Translations under genes and position numbers: made by a program
Part shown: piece by piece, positions 40,907 to 54,769 of the stretch
How the letters are laid out: every line of letters begins with the position of its first letter
Position numbering within the stretch: the first letter of the stretch is position 1
From: Auanema rhodensis
Lineage: Eukaryota > Animalia > Nematoda
Direction: 5' to 3'
DNA: 64,000 bases
Assembly (NCBI GenBank): GCA_964057225.1
Contig: OZ059894.1
Span: 6,076,001 to 6,140,000, forward strand
Notes under the pieces: model-generated
Seen by the model: the letters and a program-made list of their open reading frames with translations, nothing else
What the model was told of the DNA's origin: nothing
Database searches by the model: none

Positions 40907-43000
40907 TTAGCTAGTCTTATAACATCAACTTGAACTAATCTTCTGTTTCACCTACATCACTATGCCTGTGTTTCGACTTCCATTTCGAATGAATTGCACT
41001 TTCCACGGAATCATATCTGGTTCTGCAAACGTCATCGATCTCAACTAACGGCTCAAGAACTTGGCATATCTATTTTAAAACAATACGACTGAATATTTCA
41101 ACATATTTAGTATAACAAACCCGCTTTCCAGCAATATTGATTTGTATTTTTTCAGTTTTACCACACTGACTCTCCGATTTTTGACATGCAATTCTCATAT
41201 TCTCTGTTAATATAAGAAAAATTTGAGCTAGAAAATTTCTTTCCCAGCGAGTCAGATGCTGGAGCTGAATAGAAATAATAAGTTCCAGATTAGTACATCA
41301 GATACAAATCTTACATCAATGACAGATGCAATCCAAGTATGCAAGTTATACCTGACAAATAAATCTTGAGCTGAAGAGGGGATAAGTACGGCAGCCTACA
41401 ACATATTTTTGGAATACAGTTTATAAAAATAATAATACCTTTAATGTTTGTAGAATTAGTTTACGAGCAGGTTGATCAGCAATGCATGAACCAAATAAGC
41501 AAAGCAGTAATTTGATTACAGATCTATATATTAATACATTCGTGGTAGTAAAGAGACTGAATATAATATACCTATTTTGTAAAACAGTATAATCCATAGT
41601 GTCAATTAAAGCTTCACTAATTAAACTAAGAATCCATTCCCTCTCTGGTTTGTATTTTTCAACAGAAGTGGAAAATAAAAGTTTGTATAACTCAGGAACC
41701 TAAATTTAAAGTTTTGTTCAAAAATAATTTTGAATTTCAAATCACAAGCTTCAAATCTATTTGAGGTTTCAAACACAAGAATGACAATACGGAAGTATAT
41801 ACAGGATCCTCGGGATGAAAAATTAATTTGCACGTTCTGGCAAAAAAGTGAGTAATCACTGAAACATTTGATAATCCAATCGTTTGATAAATGAGCTTAC
41901 TGTGTGAAATTCTAATTCCAGACTCTTCAATACTTTGTTTAAATAACCGAATTAAATATATAAAAATAGGTTTTTCTGAGAAATCATCCTTTTCTTTTTT
42001 CAATTCCTTAAACATTTCAATTTATTAAAATACAATTTATAAAAACTTACGTTCAATAAAGACAAATATTTTTGTAGCATATAGTATGCTGCGCTTCTTA
42101 CATCTTTACTATGATGACTTGTACATGCAAAAAGAAGAGACAGTAGATTACACTCGACAATTTTCCGACAACTTATCTGCTCATTTAAAAATAAATTCAT
42201 AACTTAGTTTGAAACTTACATCAGATCCAGGATGTACAATTGAATTCATAACTTGCATAACAAATCTAACATCGTATATTTCTTCACGATCTGGTACAGA
42301 AAGAAATTTCACTGTTTTCCAGACCAGTTCAGGATTAAAATAATCAAGAATCTAGATAAGTATTTTAGCTTAGTAATTTCATATGAATATTACCGCATCC
42401 GGATCAATTCTGTGCAAAGTCGAGCCCAGAGTCGCTAGTTGCTCATAATGATCTTGACTTTTCGCACCCCACACCAACGGAGAGATGGGACTGAAAATTA
42501 CGATTGAAGAATGAGAAAGTAAGGGCCAACCTAAAGTTAACTTTAAAATTTTGTTCTAGTGTACTTAGTATGGAATTGATTAGCAGATCTTTCGGTGACA
42601 AAGTTGCATTATAAGCAACAAGAAGTTTTACGATAAATTTTGAATTATCCAATTCCTTGCATTGAACATCCTATAATTGAGAAGTATATAAAACATATTT
42701 AGAAATATGAATTTCAATCAGTGAAGTGTTCAAGCTCTGATGGAGTTTGTTAATTTATTATGTTAATACAATGAAAATTGTAGAAGCAGATACTAACCGT
42801 GTCCTTATTGTCACGTAAAAATGACTCCAATTTCACCAAATGATTAAAATCTATCACTTCGTTTGATAATATTTCTCGAGTTATATCGGCAGCCCCTAAT
42901 AAACTAAAGTTTTTTTTAATTTCCCGAAAAATAAACCTGGAATGCTTTGAGACTTGGAGTTATTCACATACTCTTCAAGATTGTTAGACTTTCTCTTCAT
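40907..43000 (-). CDS. URB1/Npa1 nucleolar pre-ribosomal protein, C-terminal (NopRA1-like) region only
   Basis: LLVAYNATLSPKDLLI, CRKIVECNLLSL, HPEDPVYTSVLSFLCLKPQIDL, VPELYKLLFS, EREWILSL and LHTWI resemble URB1 C-terminal motifs. Start assigned to tttag-ATG (MKRKSNN); the start is uncertain. Confidence 0.75.
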
Positions 43001-43262
43001 CTAAATAAAAATAAACTGAGCTATTATGAAGATTTTAAAAATATAAAAATGGATAAATCCAAATTTTTAAAATAATAATATAATAAGGAAAATGTATACA
43101 TTACATTGGACAATTTCGACAAATATATCATTACGTGAAAGCATAAGACAAGGAACGGTTGAATTTAGAAAAGTTATTGTACGAACTATCACATATGACC
43201 AGTATTGTTAAGTTTGAGAAAACTAGAGAAGTGTTTTTGAAAACCAAAATGAGCTAATATTA

Positions 43263-44128
43263 TTAAAAATCCACTTCATCCCAGAAATTATCAGCTTCGA
43301 CGTTTTCGATATTTTCAACGTTCACTTCTTCTACGACTTTTTTCATAATTCGAATTCCCGTTGGCGTTATATTATCATCTGTCTAAAAAAATTGTTTAAT
43401 AACTATAATGAATGTTAATTAGAGTCTACAATTATTCCCTGGAAAGCATCTTCCATTTTTTCTTTATCTTCTTCACTAAAATAGTTCTCATATTTCTTCA
43501 CAGATCTGATTTTAAAGAAATACAGTATTGCTTATTATAATAAAAAAACTCACTTTCTTCTAGCTACAAGTTTGGGCCGACTATCAATTTTCAAAAGGCT
43601 TTCGAATCTTAAACTACTTAATCGAGGTTCATAACTGAAGAATAGAATTAAAACTGTTTTTATAGATTAAAGTACCTTTTCATTAATTCTTCGGCAGTTC
43701 TCTCAGAATACGCTAAAGAATGACTAGATAGATCAGAAGTAGAGCCCCGTCTTCCATCATCGTCCGCTGAACCTATGCTAGATACAGATTCTGCATAATC
43801 CCAACTGCACAATTCAAGCAGCTCCTCCATACGCTTGCTGTCATCTCCCATATCTTCGCAATTACTGAAGTAATCGTCTTACTGTACATAAGAACCTTCA
43901 AGTAACAAACAAAGCTTTTGCCACCGATGCCCATTGAGCACCACTCCGAAGCAAAAAATCGGATGTTGAACATATAGTTTCTGGCTTTACATCCAAACAA
44001 GCAGTATTTTCGCTGAACTTCACGGTCTAAAAACGGTATCCTTCAAGAGATTCAGAGTAATCAGCAACCTTCCTATTATCAGGAGCCATTGGTGAATGAT
44101 CGGACAAGCCGGATTCACTACTCAACAT
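43263..44128 (-). CDS. Uncharacterised acidic/Ser-rich protein (~200 aa), multi-exon
   Basis: MLSSESGLSDHSPMAPDNRK-TVKFSENTACL...-NCEDMGDDSKRMEELLELCSWDYAES...-VEADNFWDEVDF-TAA, joined by short GT-AG introns. No domain recognised. Confidence 0.65.
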
Positions 44129-44427
44129 TCAGCACTTTGATAATACTAAATTGCACGAAATTTCATATCTCCCATTCTTAGAATTTTACTTTATCTTAAT
44201 TATATAGTTATTGGATCTAACCGGAACACAAATAAACACATAAAAAACAACCGTTAAACACCTTTATTTCAATTAAATAATAATATATACAAACTATCGA
44301 CTAGAATTATTGTTGAAATACACAATATAAACTTATTAGTATTTTGTTTTTTAACTGAGAATATTTATATTTAAGTGCCGTAGTTGAATAGCACATGTAG
44401 AATATATATTTGGACGATGTTCATTAT

Positions 44428-46674
44428 TTAACGTATCGTTTTCAGGTACTTCTGAAAAAGTTTAGTTTTAATTACGTTAAAGCTTGTTAGAAGGATAAAT
44501 TGAGAACACAGTGCATGAAATTGGGACTAGGAGAGGTTAAAAGTGCAACACAAAACATACTCAGAAGCACCCGCTTATTTAAAAAACCAATACTGAAATA
44601 AATTTTTAATTAGTACTGGGAACTGTGCGACATATATTTTTGGAATTAGGCTTAGTGTTTGGGGAGGTTAAACTAAGAGCACCATCACCGAGAATCCCCC
44701 CATCACTTGCCTGCATGAACATTCCGAAGACAATTGATAGAACAATTACCGGAAGACGTCCGAGCCAACCAACAATGCCTGGCATACCAATTCTTGTTCC
44801 AGTTAGAAGTTTCAAGCTTGATAACTTTTTGTCATCCATGGGTGGGTAACGAGCGCTATAACGAAATGGGTTAACATAGAGTACTTTGTTTTTCTCTGTA
44901 CGCTTGAAGAGCCTCTCCGAAAAATCCTCGCTTAAGAACAGCTTTTTCATGAGAGAATGTATCAAAGCCATATTTTCCACGATATCTTCCCATCCCAGAG
45001 GTTCCTACACCACCAAACGGCAAAGTATCAACTTAAAAGGAAAAATACTGAAGAATTACTTCGAAAATAGATACCTGTGATGTGCATGATTACATCATTG
45101 ATTGTCACTCCCCCACTGCTAGTTTCGCTGTATAATCTTTTAGCCTTGGCCTCATTTGTGGTGAAAATATAAGCAGCCAAGGGCTTCTCTCCTTTGTTGA
45201 TAAATTCAATAGCTTCTGATAGATCTCGGACAGTTATAATTGGAAGCACAGGCCCGAAAATCTGGAACACCAAATTTAAAAAAAAAAACTGAATAAATCC
45301 TACTTCATCTTGCATGAATGGATCACTAGCATTAACATCGAGAATGACTGGTGGAATGAAAAGATCATCGCGATCTCTTTCGCCGCCGCTGAACAAAACA
45401 GTTCCTTTGGTTTGATCAAGCAAAGACGAAATTCGGCTAAAAAAAAAGAACTTTGAACACTTCTTGCTTTCAGATCTCACTCGAAATGGCGTTGACTAAT
45501 AACACGAGAATAATCCTTAGAGGACTTGATATCTGTACCATAGAACTCAGTTAAATGTTTACGGAAAGAATCAATTAGCTTAAATACAGTTTTTTCTTTC
45601 AAAAAGGCATAATGTCATACCTTAGGTTTGGTTTTCTCAGAGACTAATATGTAATCGGGTGCGAGGCACGTTTGACCACAGTTTAACCATTTTCCCCAAG
45701 CAATACGACGACCAGCAATGTTCAAATCAACATCGTCTTCCACAACAACAGGGCTGAAAGCAAGCGATTTAATTCACAATATCAAATATATATATATATA
45801 TCAAAAGCATACCATTTACCACCTAATTCCAAAGTGACAGGTGTTAAGAATTTGGCTGCAGCAGCCATAATAATTTTGGCAACAGGAGGACATCCTGTAT
45901 AGAATATATGATCAAAACGTTCAGTAAGTAATTCAGTAGTTTCCGGAATGCCACCATTGATGCATTTAAGATATTCCTACAAAGAAAAACAAAGTTGATA
46001 AAAATATGGGAAGAATAATTAACCGGTTCAAAGTATTCGGTGAATAATTTTTCAAGCGTGCTAGCGGTATTAGCGGAAACTTCTGATGGCTTCACAATAA
46101 TAGTATTTCCTGAATATAAAGGTATATTAGCACTTGTTTCAGGAAGTTACCGGCAGCAATAGCTGGGACTAAAGGCAGAGTTAACATAGAAACAGGATAA
46201 TTCCAAGGAGAAATAATAAGAACAACTCCCAGAGGTTCCTTAACAGTCATTGGCTGATCAAGAGCATTAACTACAGTTTTATCAACCTAGAAGAAAAACA
46301 CAGTTATCACAAAATGGAATAAACATACATAGGTTGTCTGAGCCCATTTTTTCAAATTAGCAATAGTGTAATCTATTTCTTGGATCGTATTTCCTATTTC
46401 TAGTAGATATGTGTTCGCTGGGAGCTGAAATCAAGAAATAAATACAGTCTTCTGTAAAATTTCCGACTCTTTTATGATCTTTGTAAACAGCATCACAAAG
46501 TTCGTCAGAGTTTTCGATCACGAGCTTCTTCAATCTTTCCAATCGTGAGATTCTGCTTTCGATACTTTTGGTATTACCACTTCGGAAATACTCACGCTGC
46601 TTTAAAATAATCTGAAAGAAAATAGAGCAAGTCAGACAGAAATAAATGTATAATATTACGTTATGGTAGCTCAT
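44428..46674 (-). CDS. alh-4: Fatty aldehyde dehydrogenase (ALDH3 family), tail-anchored, alternative last exons
   Basis: [63 protein letters not shown] and [12 protein letters not shown]. Hydrophobic tail [15 protein letters not shown]. Confidence 0.9.
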
Positions 46675-47728
46675 AATTGGTGATGGCCAGCAGAGTCAGA
46701 ACGTGAAGAAAAAGTAAATGGAATGAGGGTCTGAAATGACATTGACTAGAAAACATGATAAGAAGAGAGTGTAGTCTACTCTTTCTTGATAACAAAAAAG
46801 ACGTAAATGAGAGAAAATCACAAAGGTGACAATAGTCAAAGTTTAACGAAACTCGAAGACCTAACCGGCAAACAATATTAGAAGTTTTAAAATACAGGCT
46901 AAGAAGGGCAATGAACTAGGTGTGTCTAATTATCTGATGGAAAACAATGTAGGAAACAAGAAACATTAGTTAAATAATTTTTTGCGCTACTATGATCGCC
47001 ATCTCCAACTCTATTGCGATACTTCACAACATGGTTTTAAATTAGAACCGGTTATAATGAAAATAAAGTAATGTATAGTATTTATTACTTGAAAAAAAAA
47101 TAGAAGTTTCACTGTTACTTGAAAAAAACTTACGTTTCAGAACAGTTATGAATTCCTTTTATTTTATAAGAAAATGTGTACAGTTGCAAACAACTATGTA
47201 TGAACAAGCTAATAATAGCCGATCTGTGAAAAACGATTTCGGTCGAGACTGGACTGTAAACAATGTTTTGAAATACTGTATGATAATACAAAAAGAAAGC
47301 GCGCTCCAAAGCTAATCAGGGTTCATACAGGGAGATGACAGCCCTTTAACGCTCTCTGGAAATTTAGTAATTTACAAAAATCTATGTTTTTTAAAGAATT
47401 ATTCAAAATTTTTCAAAATTTAAATAAGCAAGAAAACTAACATGAATTTACCTTTTTTTGAAGTTTTTGTTTCTTCAATAAAATTGTATTCAAAGCAGAA
47501 TTCGTATAAATCCTTTCACAAGTTGATGCAATTTTTCTGTTTAGGTTTTTTGTTGTTCCAAATAATCTCAACTTTGGTTAATCAGTAAGTTCTTACTGTT
47601 ATTTACTTAGTTCACTAATGTTCCATTTTATTTATGAGAAATTTTGTTTATATTATATTTTTATCTTAGTTCTCATAATTGTTGCTCTGTATCCCATAAG
47701 AACTGTCTTTGATAAAAGTATCAGATGA

Positions 47729-49472
<1,744 letters not shown>

Positions 49473-49718
49473 CCGCGTCTGGTGGCTGGCAGTGATCTTT
49501 TTTCTTCTCTTGTTTTTTGTAATTTCGCTTTTTTAATACAATTTTTGTTGTTCGTCCCGCAATTCCATAAACTATCAACCTCATTACTGATTGCCAGCCG
49601 GCCGCCGAGCACGTCGTCTTTACTTCGCCAAAATGTCGCTCTGCTCTGCGTTCGGATGCTCAGAACGCCCTGCATGGATTCAGTCTTTACGGAAGCATTT
49701 ATGGGTCGGTGGATATAG
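49473..49718 (+). other. Candidate stop-codon readthrough cassette of eRF1: UGA-C, 3' stem-loop and 81-codon in-frame extension
   Basis: TGA CCG CGT CTG GTG... stays open in frame to TAG at 49716-49718. Arm 49480-49496 is complementary to 49583-49607. Confidence 0.6.
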
Positions 49719-50332
49719 AGACATCACAATAATATATTAATACTTATAGGTTGACCGTTTTCAACTATATGTAGTCCTGAATGTAAGAGTTAACTTATAG
49801 GTTCTATTTGCAACTTCTATTATTTATCCTTGTTGGTTTTAATTATTATTCTTGTTAATGTATCGCTGTTGATGGGGATTGATAGTTTAATATAGGTTTT
49901 GCTGAGACGTAGTTTGTTATGAAATTTTCAAGTTTCGAACATTTTATCTAGTTTTTCGTTAGCTTGATTGGAATTAATACATCAAAATGGTTGGCTTCCA
50001 AACACCTAATTGCGCTGTGTTTTTTGATTGAGCGTGTTGTTTCATTCACTACAATTGGTGACACTCCATTTTAGGGTAGAATTGTTTTTATTTTTTCCTA
50101 TGGTCTTTTTCGAAAGTGGTCGGTGTTGCCATGTTGTGCCTCTCTTCATTTTCCTTCAAATATGTATTTGGGTTTCTTTGTCGGTGATCAAATTCTTAAG
50201 AGATATTCAAACTTTCTATAAATTGTTGCCACGAAATTTGTAGTTTTCCTTATCAGTTGTTAAACTGCACTCTATCTTATCAGCATGTTTAACATTCGTT
50301 TGTTAAATGTTATACGCCATTTTTAGTTCGTC

Positions 50333-51705
50333 ATGGTCGAGTTGAACACAACTGTATGTGCATCAGCAGCTGTTGTTGTTGTTTCTAGTATTGCTCTCTA
50401 CTTTTTCGTAAAAAAACCATGTTGTGGAAAGGTATACTTGCTTCTTTTGTAGATTTTTTTGTAAAATATAATTATAGAAAAAGCTTGTTACTCTTGTGAA
50501 TGATACTGAAAAATATTCTCTCATGCTCATTGAAAAGACTAAAGTAAGATTTACTAAAAAAAGTTGGTTTATTACTATCAATGGTTTAAGGTTAGTCATG
50601 ATACTAGAAAGTTCAAGTTCGCTTTACCAACTAAAAATCACACCTTAGGTCTTCCTGTAGGCCAACACATTTATATTTCTGCTAAGGTTGTTGTATTATC
50701 CATGAAATGCTTATATAAAAGTCGTTTATTTAGGTTGATGGAAAGCTTGTTGTTCGTCCATATACCCCCATTTCCAGTGATGATGATTTGGGATTCGTTG
50801 AGCTTATGATAAAGGTTTTTTTGATAGTTTACTTGCAGCTTTCATTGTAAAATCTCAACAGGTTTATTTCCGTGATGTTAATCCTAAATTTCCTGAGGGT
50901 GGAAAAATGTCCCAATATTTGGAAAATATGAATATTGGAGATTCGGTATGTTTAATTGATACTCATCCATTTTTTCAAAATATAGTTTTTGTTTCTCATT
51001 TTTTATGACATTTGTATTTATTAATTTGTTCTCCTGTCAACAATATGCTGTTATTTTTGAAGAACATCTGATTCTTGCAGATTGATTTCCGTGGCCCATC
51101 TGGACTAATCACCTATCAGGGAAATGGAAACTTTAATATTAAAGAGGATAAAAAAGCCTCAGGGGTCCTTAGAAAGTTCAAAAAGCTTTCCATGATAGCT
51201 GGAGGAACTGGAATTACTCCTATGCTTCAGGTTTGGAGATTGAACAAAGTAAGATTTTGTTCATGCGCTTAACGTTTTCAGATTGTAGCTGATGTTATGA
51301 AACATGAAAATGACAACACTGAAATTAAACTTCTCTTCGCTAATCAATCTGAGGAAGATATTCTTTGCAGGTTGATAGCTAATTCATTTAGCAATATTTT
51401 TATGTTTTTTAGAGAAGAGCTTGATCAGCTAGCCGCAGCTCATCCTAACCGTTTCCGTGTCTGGTACACAGTAGATAGACCACCTGCAAACTGGAAGTAT
51501 TCCAGTGGATTTATTACTGATAAAATGATCCAGGTGATCTTGTTTAAGTTTATTTTTAAAATTCTTATTTATGCAGGAGCAATTATTTGCCCCATCAGAT
51601 GATGGTGCTGTTCTCATGTGTGGCCCACCTCCAATGATCAACTTCGCTTGTACTCCAAATTTGGAAAAACTTGCTTATGATCCAGCTAATCGTTTTACTT
51701 TCTAG
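50333..51705 (+). CDS. NADH-cytochrome b5 reductase (CYB5R; hpo-19-like)
   Basis: N-terminal TM anchor. Motifs [67 protein letters not shown] and CGPPPMI. Confidence 0.96.
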
Positions 51706-51860
51706 TTCTTGTAAAATATCAAAATAAAGTAGTCAAAGAAATTTATTATATTTTGTATACATTCTCAGAGATCTGCTGAAATTATGAATAATAGGAGGTA
51801 ATTATAAAGGCACTCAATAGTTCAACAATATTTAAAGCATTTAAAACATTATTTTTCACA

Positions 51861-53954
51861 TTAAACTTCGGTATCCTTATCCAATAGTGATTTTTGCTCA
51901 TCATGTGTCTCTTGATCAACTTCTGGTTGCCTTCCATAAGGATCCATCGTTGATATGTTACAAAAACGAGCCAACGCTACATTCGCATGCTGATTACTAA
52001 ATTAAAACTATGAAAACTAATACTAATTAAACGGAAACTAATAAACCTTTTAGGAACAAATGTTAATTTCTCCAGTAAATCTTGTGTTGTCATTGAGTTG
52101 TCGGTATTAGCCCCTAGGGCTTTCCGCATTCGTAAAGCATTTTGTTCCTGGTCCCGTTTAGCCTGTTCCTCGCCTGTAACAATATAAATAGCAATATATC
52201 GAAAGACTTCCAATACGGGAAAGTGGTGGTGGTGGCCAGTAAACCGGTTGCTCTTGAATGCCTGGAAGCGAATTGGCACGCTTCAGCTTATTTTCAATTC
52301 CAAAAAATGAAACCCATAATGCTTGAACCAAGTCTGTTCCAAATATAACCTAGAAGTATTATTCAGGTTATGGTACAGAGATAAGATATAACCCCCGATT
52401 GCAGCGTTAGCATACGTATAACAAATACACCATCAGTTTTTAAAAAACTGTCTATAAATTTTTGAACGTCATCTGCCGATTCTAAAAAAAGTTATTTCCC
52501 AATATTGTTAGACAAAGGCTTAGAATGATAAAAACCTACCAACGGGGTCGAATGGCATCTCACTCATTTCCAAATGCCTGTTGATAAATCGCTGATTAGG
52601 AAACGGAATTATTGCAACAAAAAGCCAATACAAGAATGAGCCAGCAGTAAAAACAACTAACATTAAATACCTGAAGAACACAATTTTTCTACAATTAGGC
52701 ATCTAATTCGAACTAACCAGAACCACAAAAATATAAAAATTTTCTCATTGAAAATATTGATAACTAAAACACACTGAATGGTATGCTCTTGAACATTACC
52801 CATAACACGAACCTGTAAAGCATTTTTCTGTAATAAAACTCTTTTTATCAACCTACATCAAAATCACATAAAGATACACGAGGAAATACACCGGATTGTT
52901 GCCATGTTGTACCATTTACCAAATCCCACACAGCTCCAAATCCATAAAATGCATATTTATCAGTTTCCAGAAACCTAAAATATCGAAATGTTGTAATTGT
53001 GAAGCTGTTTTAATTAGCTATTACTTGTTCATTAATAGTAGTTGTAGGCACACATTTGCTAAGTAGAAGAATTTTGTGAAAAGGTACATAGCAGTTACAA
53101 AAAACGCGGAGTAAGGAAGGTTGAACAACCAGAAAAACTTATGAGGACGAATTTGTTTTCGATGAAGACGTCTATGAAAACGTAAAGCACCCTGAAGTAC
53201 TCATTAAGACAATTAAAAAGCAAAATACCAACTTGGAGATGAACAGTAAGGGATTTTATATTTGCCCGTTTAATATCGGGTTTGATATTATTCGGATCAG
53301 ATGATAGTCTGACAACTTCATGAATTTTTATTCCTGAGTGACCAGCCATATACTTCCATATTAAGCTAGGTAAACGAAAGCATGCTGCTTCAATCAATAA
53401 GAAAAATGGAACCCACTATAAAAGAAGTTAACACTAGAATTAGAACTAAATATTACTTGATAATAACTAATTTTTCTTTGTCTTTTATATGCTCCATCTA
53501 ACCCTGCTACTGCTTCTCCCATTGGTATGAAATAGGTATCCTGTGACCAGCAATAGTTTTCGGCGTACTAAAAGTTGAATATGTTTGGTTGTAATGAAAA
53601 GCTTACCTGCTCCCAAGAATTAGTGAATGTATCTGGAACCAGGCATTCGATTGGTTTCCCCCCGAATTGCTGAAAAGATATTTATCGTATATCGCCAAGA
53701 AGGAGGATTTTCAAAAAAACAATCAATCACTTCCAATCGCACGTCCACTACTACGTCAATTTCACAAACATTATTTTTTATTGAAAACTTTCAAGTACGG
53801 TTAAAAAAGGAGAGTAGCCTACCTTAAAGCTAACTAAAACCGATAATCCAATAAGAATATTGCAAGTGAAATAGGAATGAAGTCTATCAACAAAATCACG
53901 ATCATCTGATCCAGCTACATAACGCAGCATAGAAAGAACAGCGGCTAATACCAT
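51861..53954 (-). CDS. inx-10: Innexin gap-junction protein
   Basis: [32 protein letters not shown]..., [34 protein letters not shown] and [20 protein letters not shown]. The N-terminus matches my recollection of INX-10. Confidence 0.9.
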
Positions 53955-54769
53955 CTTGAATCTAATTATGCAAATAGAATATAATTATGTTTTCAAAACA
54001 ATTTACCATTAACTATTCTAACTGTAGCAACTTAAAATTGATCATGTATTAAGAGAATTGTACAATAGAACGTATTTTGTGGTTGGTCAGCAACTCCCGT
54101 ACATACTGAAAATTATGAAAATGAGAGTAAGCCGTCGTGTACAGATATAACAAGAGAGAAAAGGATCAAAGCACAGAAAGAGCATTAAACGAAACGTGAC
54201 AACCTACTGAGACAAAATATTGCGTTCATATGTAAATACGAGGAATCATAATATAATGTTAAGATGCGTCAAGTCTTGTAAAGGCAAATGACCTATATCT
54301 GAGCTAATGAGAAAATGAGAAGAAGAATTCTATATTTGTTAAAAATAAAAAACACAAATCTAAAGCAAGAGAGAATGCAAAAACTAAAAGAATAAAATTG
54401 ATGACTGATTCAGAAGAGAGAATTTGACTATGATTTGAAACAAATCGCATAAACGAATGATTAAACAGCGAAAGCTCCGGAATTCTACAACAAAGAACTC
54501 TTGAACAGTACCGAAAGCAAATACCATGCAATGGACGATATAACTAGAAGCTCAAATAAGCGAAAACAGTGCGAATTGTTAAGACGACGACGACGGTAGA
54601 CCGACAGAAGAGCAGTGCTTAAATATTCTTCGGGAATGTGACACCCGACTATAACTTTCTAAACACATATGATAGTAATTTATTGATTGCACACTAAGTT
54701 GCGAAATAACAAGATCAACAATAAACTTTGAAAGCTCTTCAACAAACTAAAAACATAATACTTCTACTT

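Noticed and set aside
44130-44420. Additional small gene between alh-4 and the downstream gene
   Set aside because: No coding exon structure found; reads as UTR or intercistronic DNA.
49484-49599. SECIS element (UGA plus a stem with GUGA/UGA) making eRF1 a selenoprotein
   Set aside because: No 11-12-bp helix II and no apical AA loop (a ~90-nt U-rich loop instead). The stem is only ~10-20 nt from the UGA, too close for a eukaryotic SECIS.
49484-49599. Box C/D snoRNA (terminal stem, GTGATCT ... CTGA)
   Set aside because: Box C deviates from RUGAUGA, the K-turn geometry is imperfect, there are no C'/D' boxes, the interior is low-complexity, and it is exonic. Kept only as a weak alternative that an Rfam/snoscan search could test.
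51977-52279. ORF with a His tract (GHHHHF)
   Set aside because: Off-frame reading of the innexin exon encoding YWPPPPLS, joined to an intron and the next exon.
53955-54030. Upstream ATG exon or uORF for inx-10
   Set aside because: Depends on an unverified intron and would be out of frame; not supportable without cDNA.
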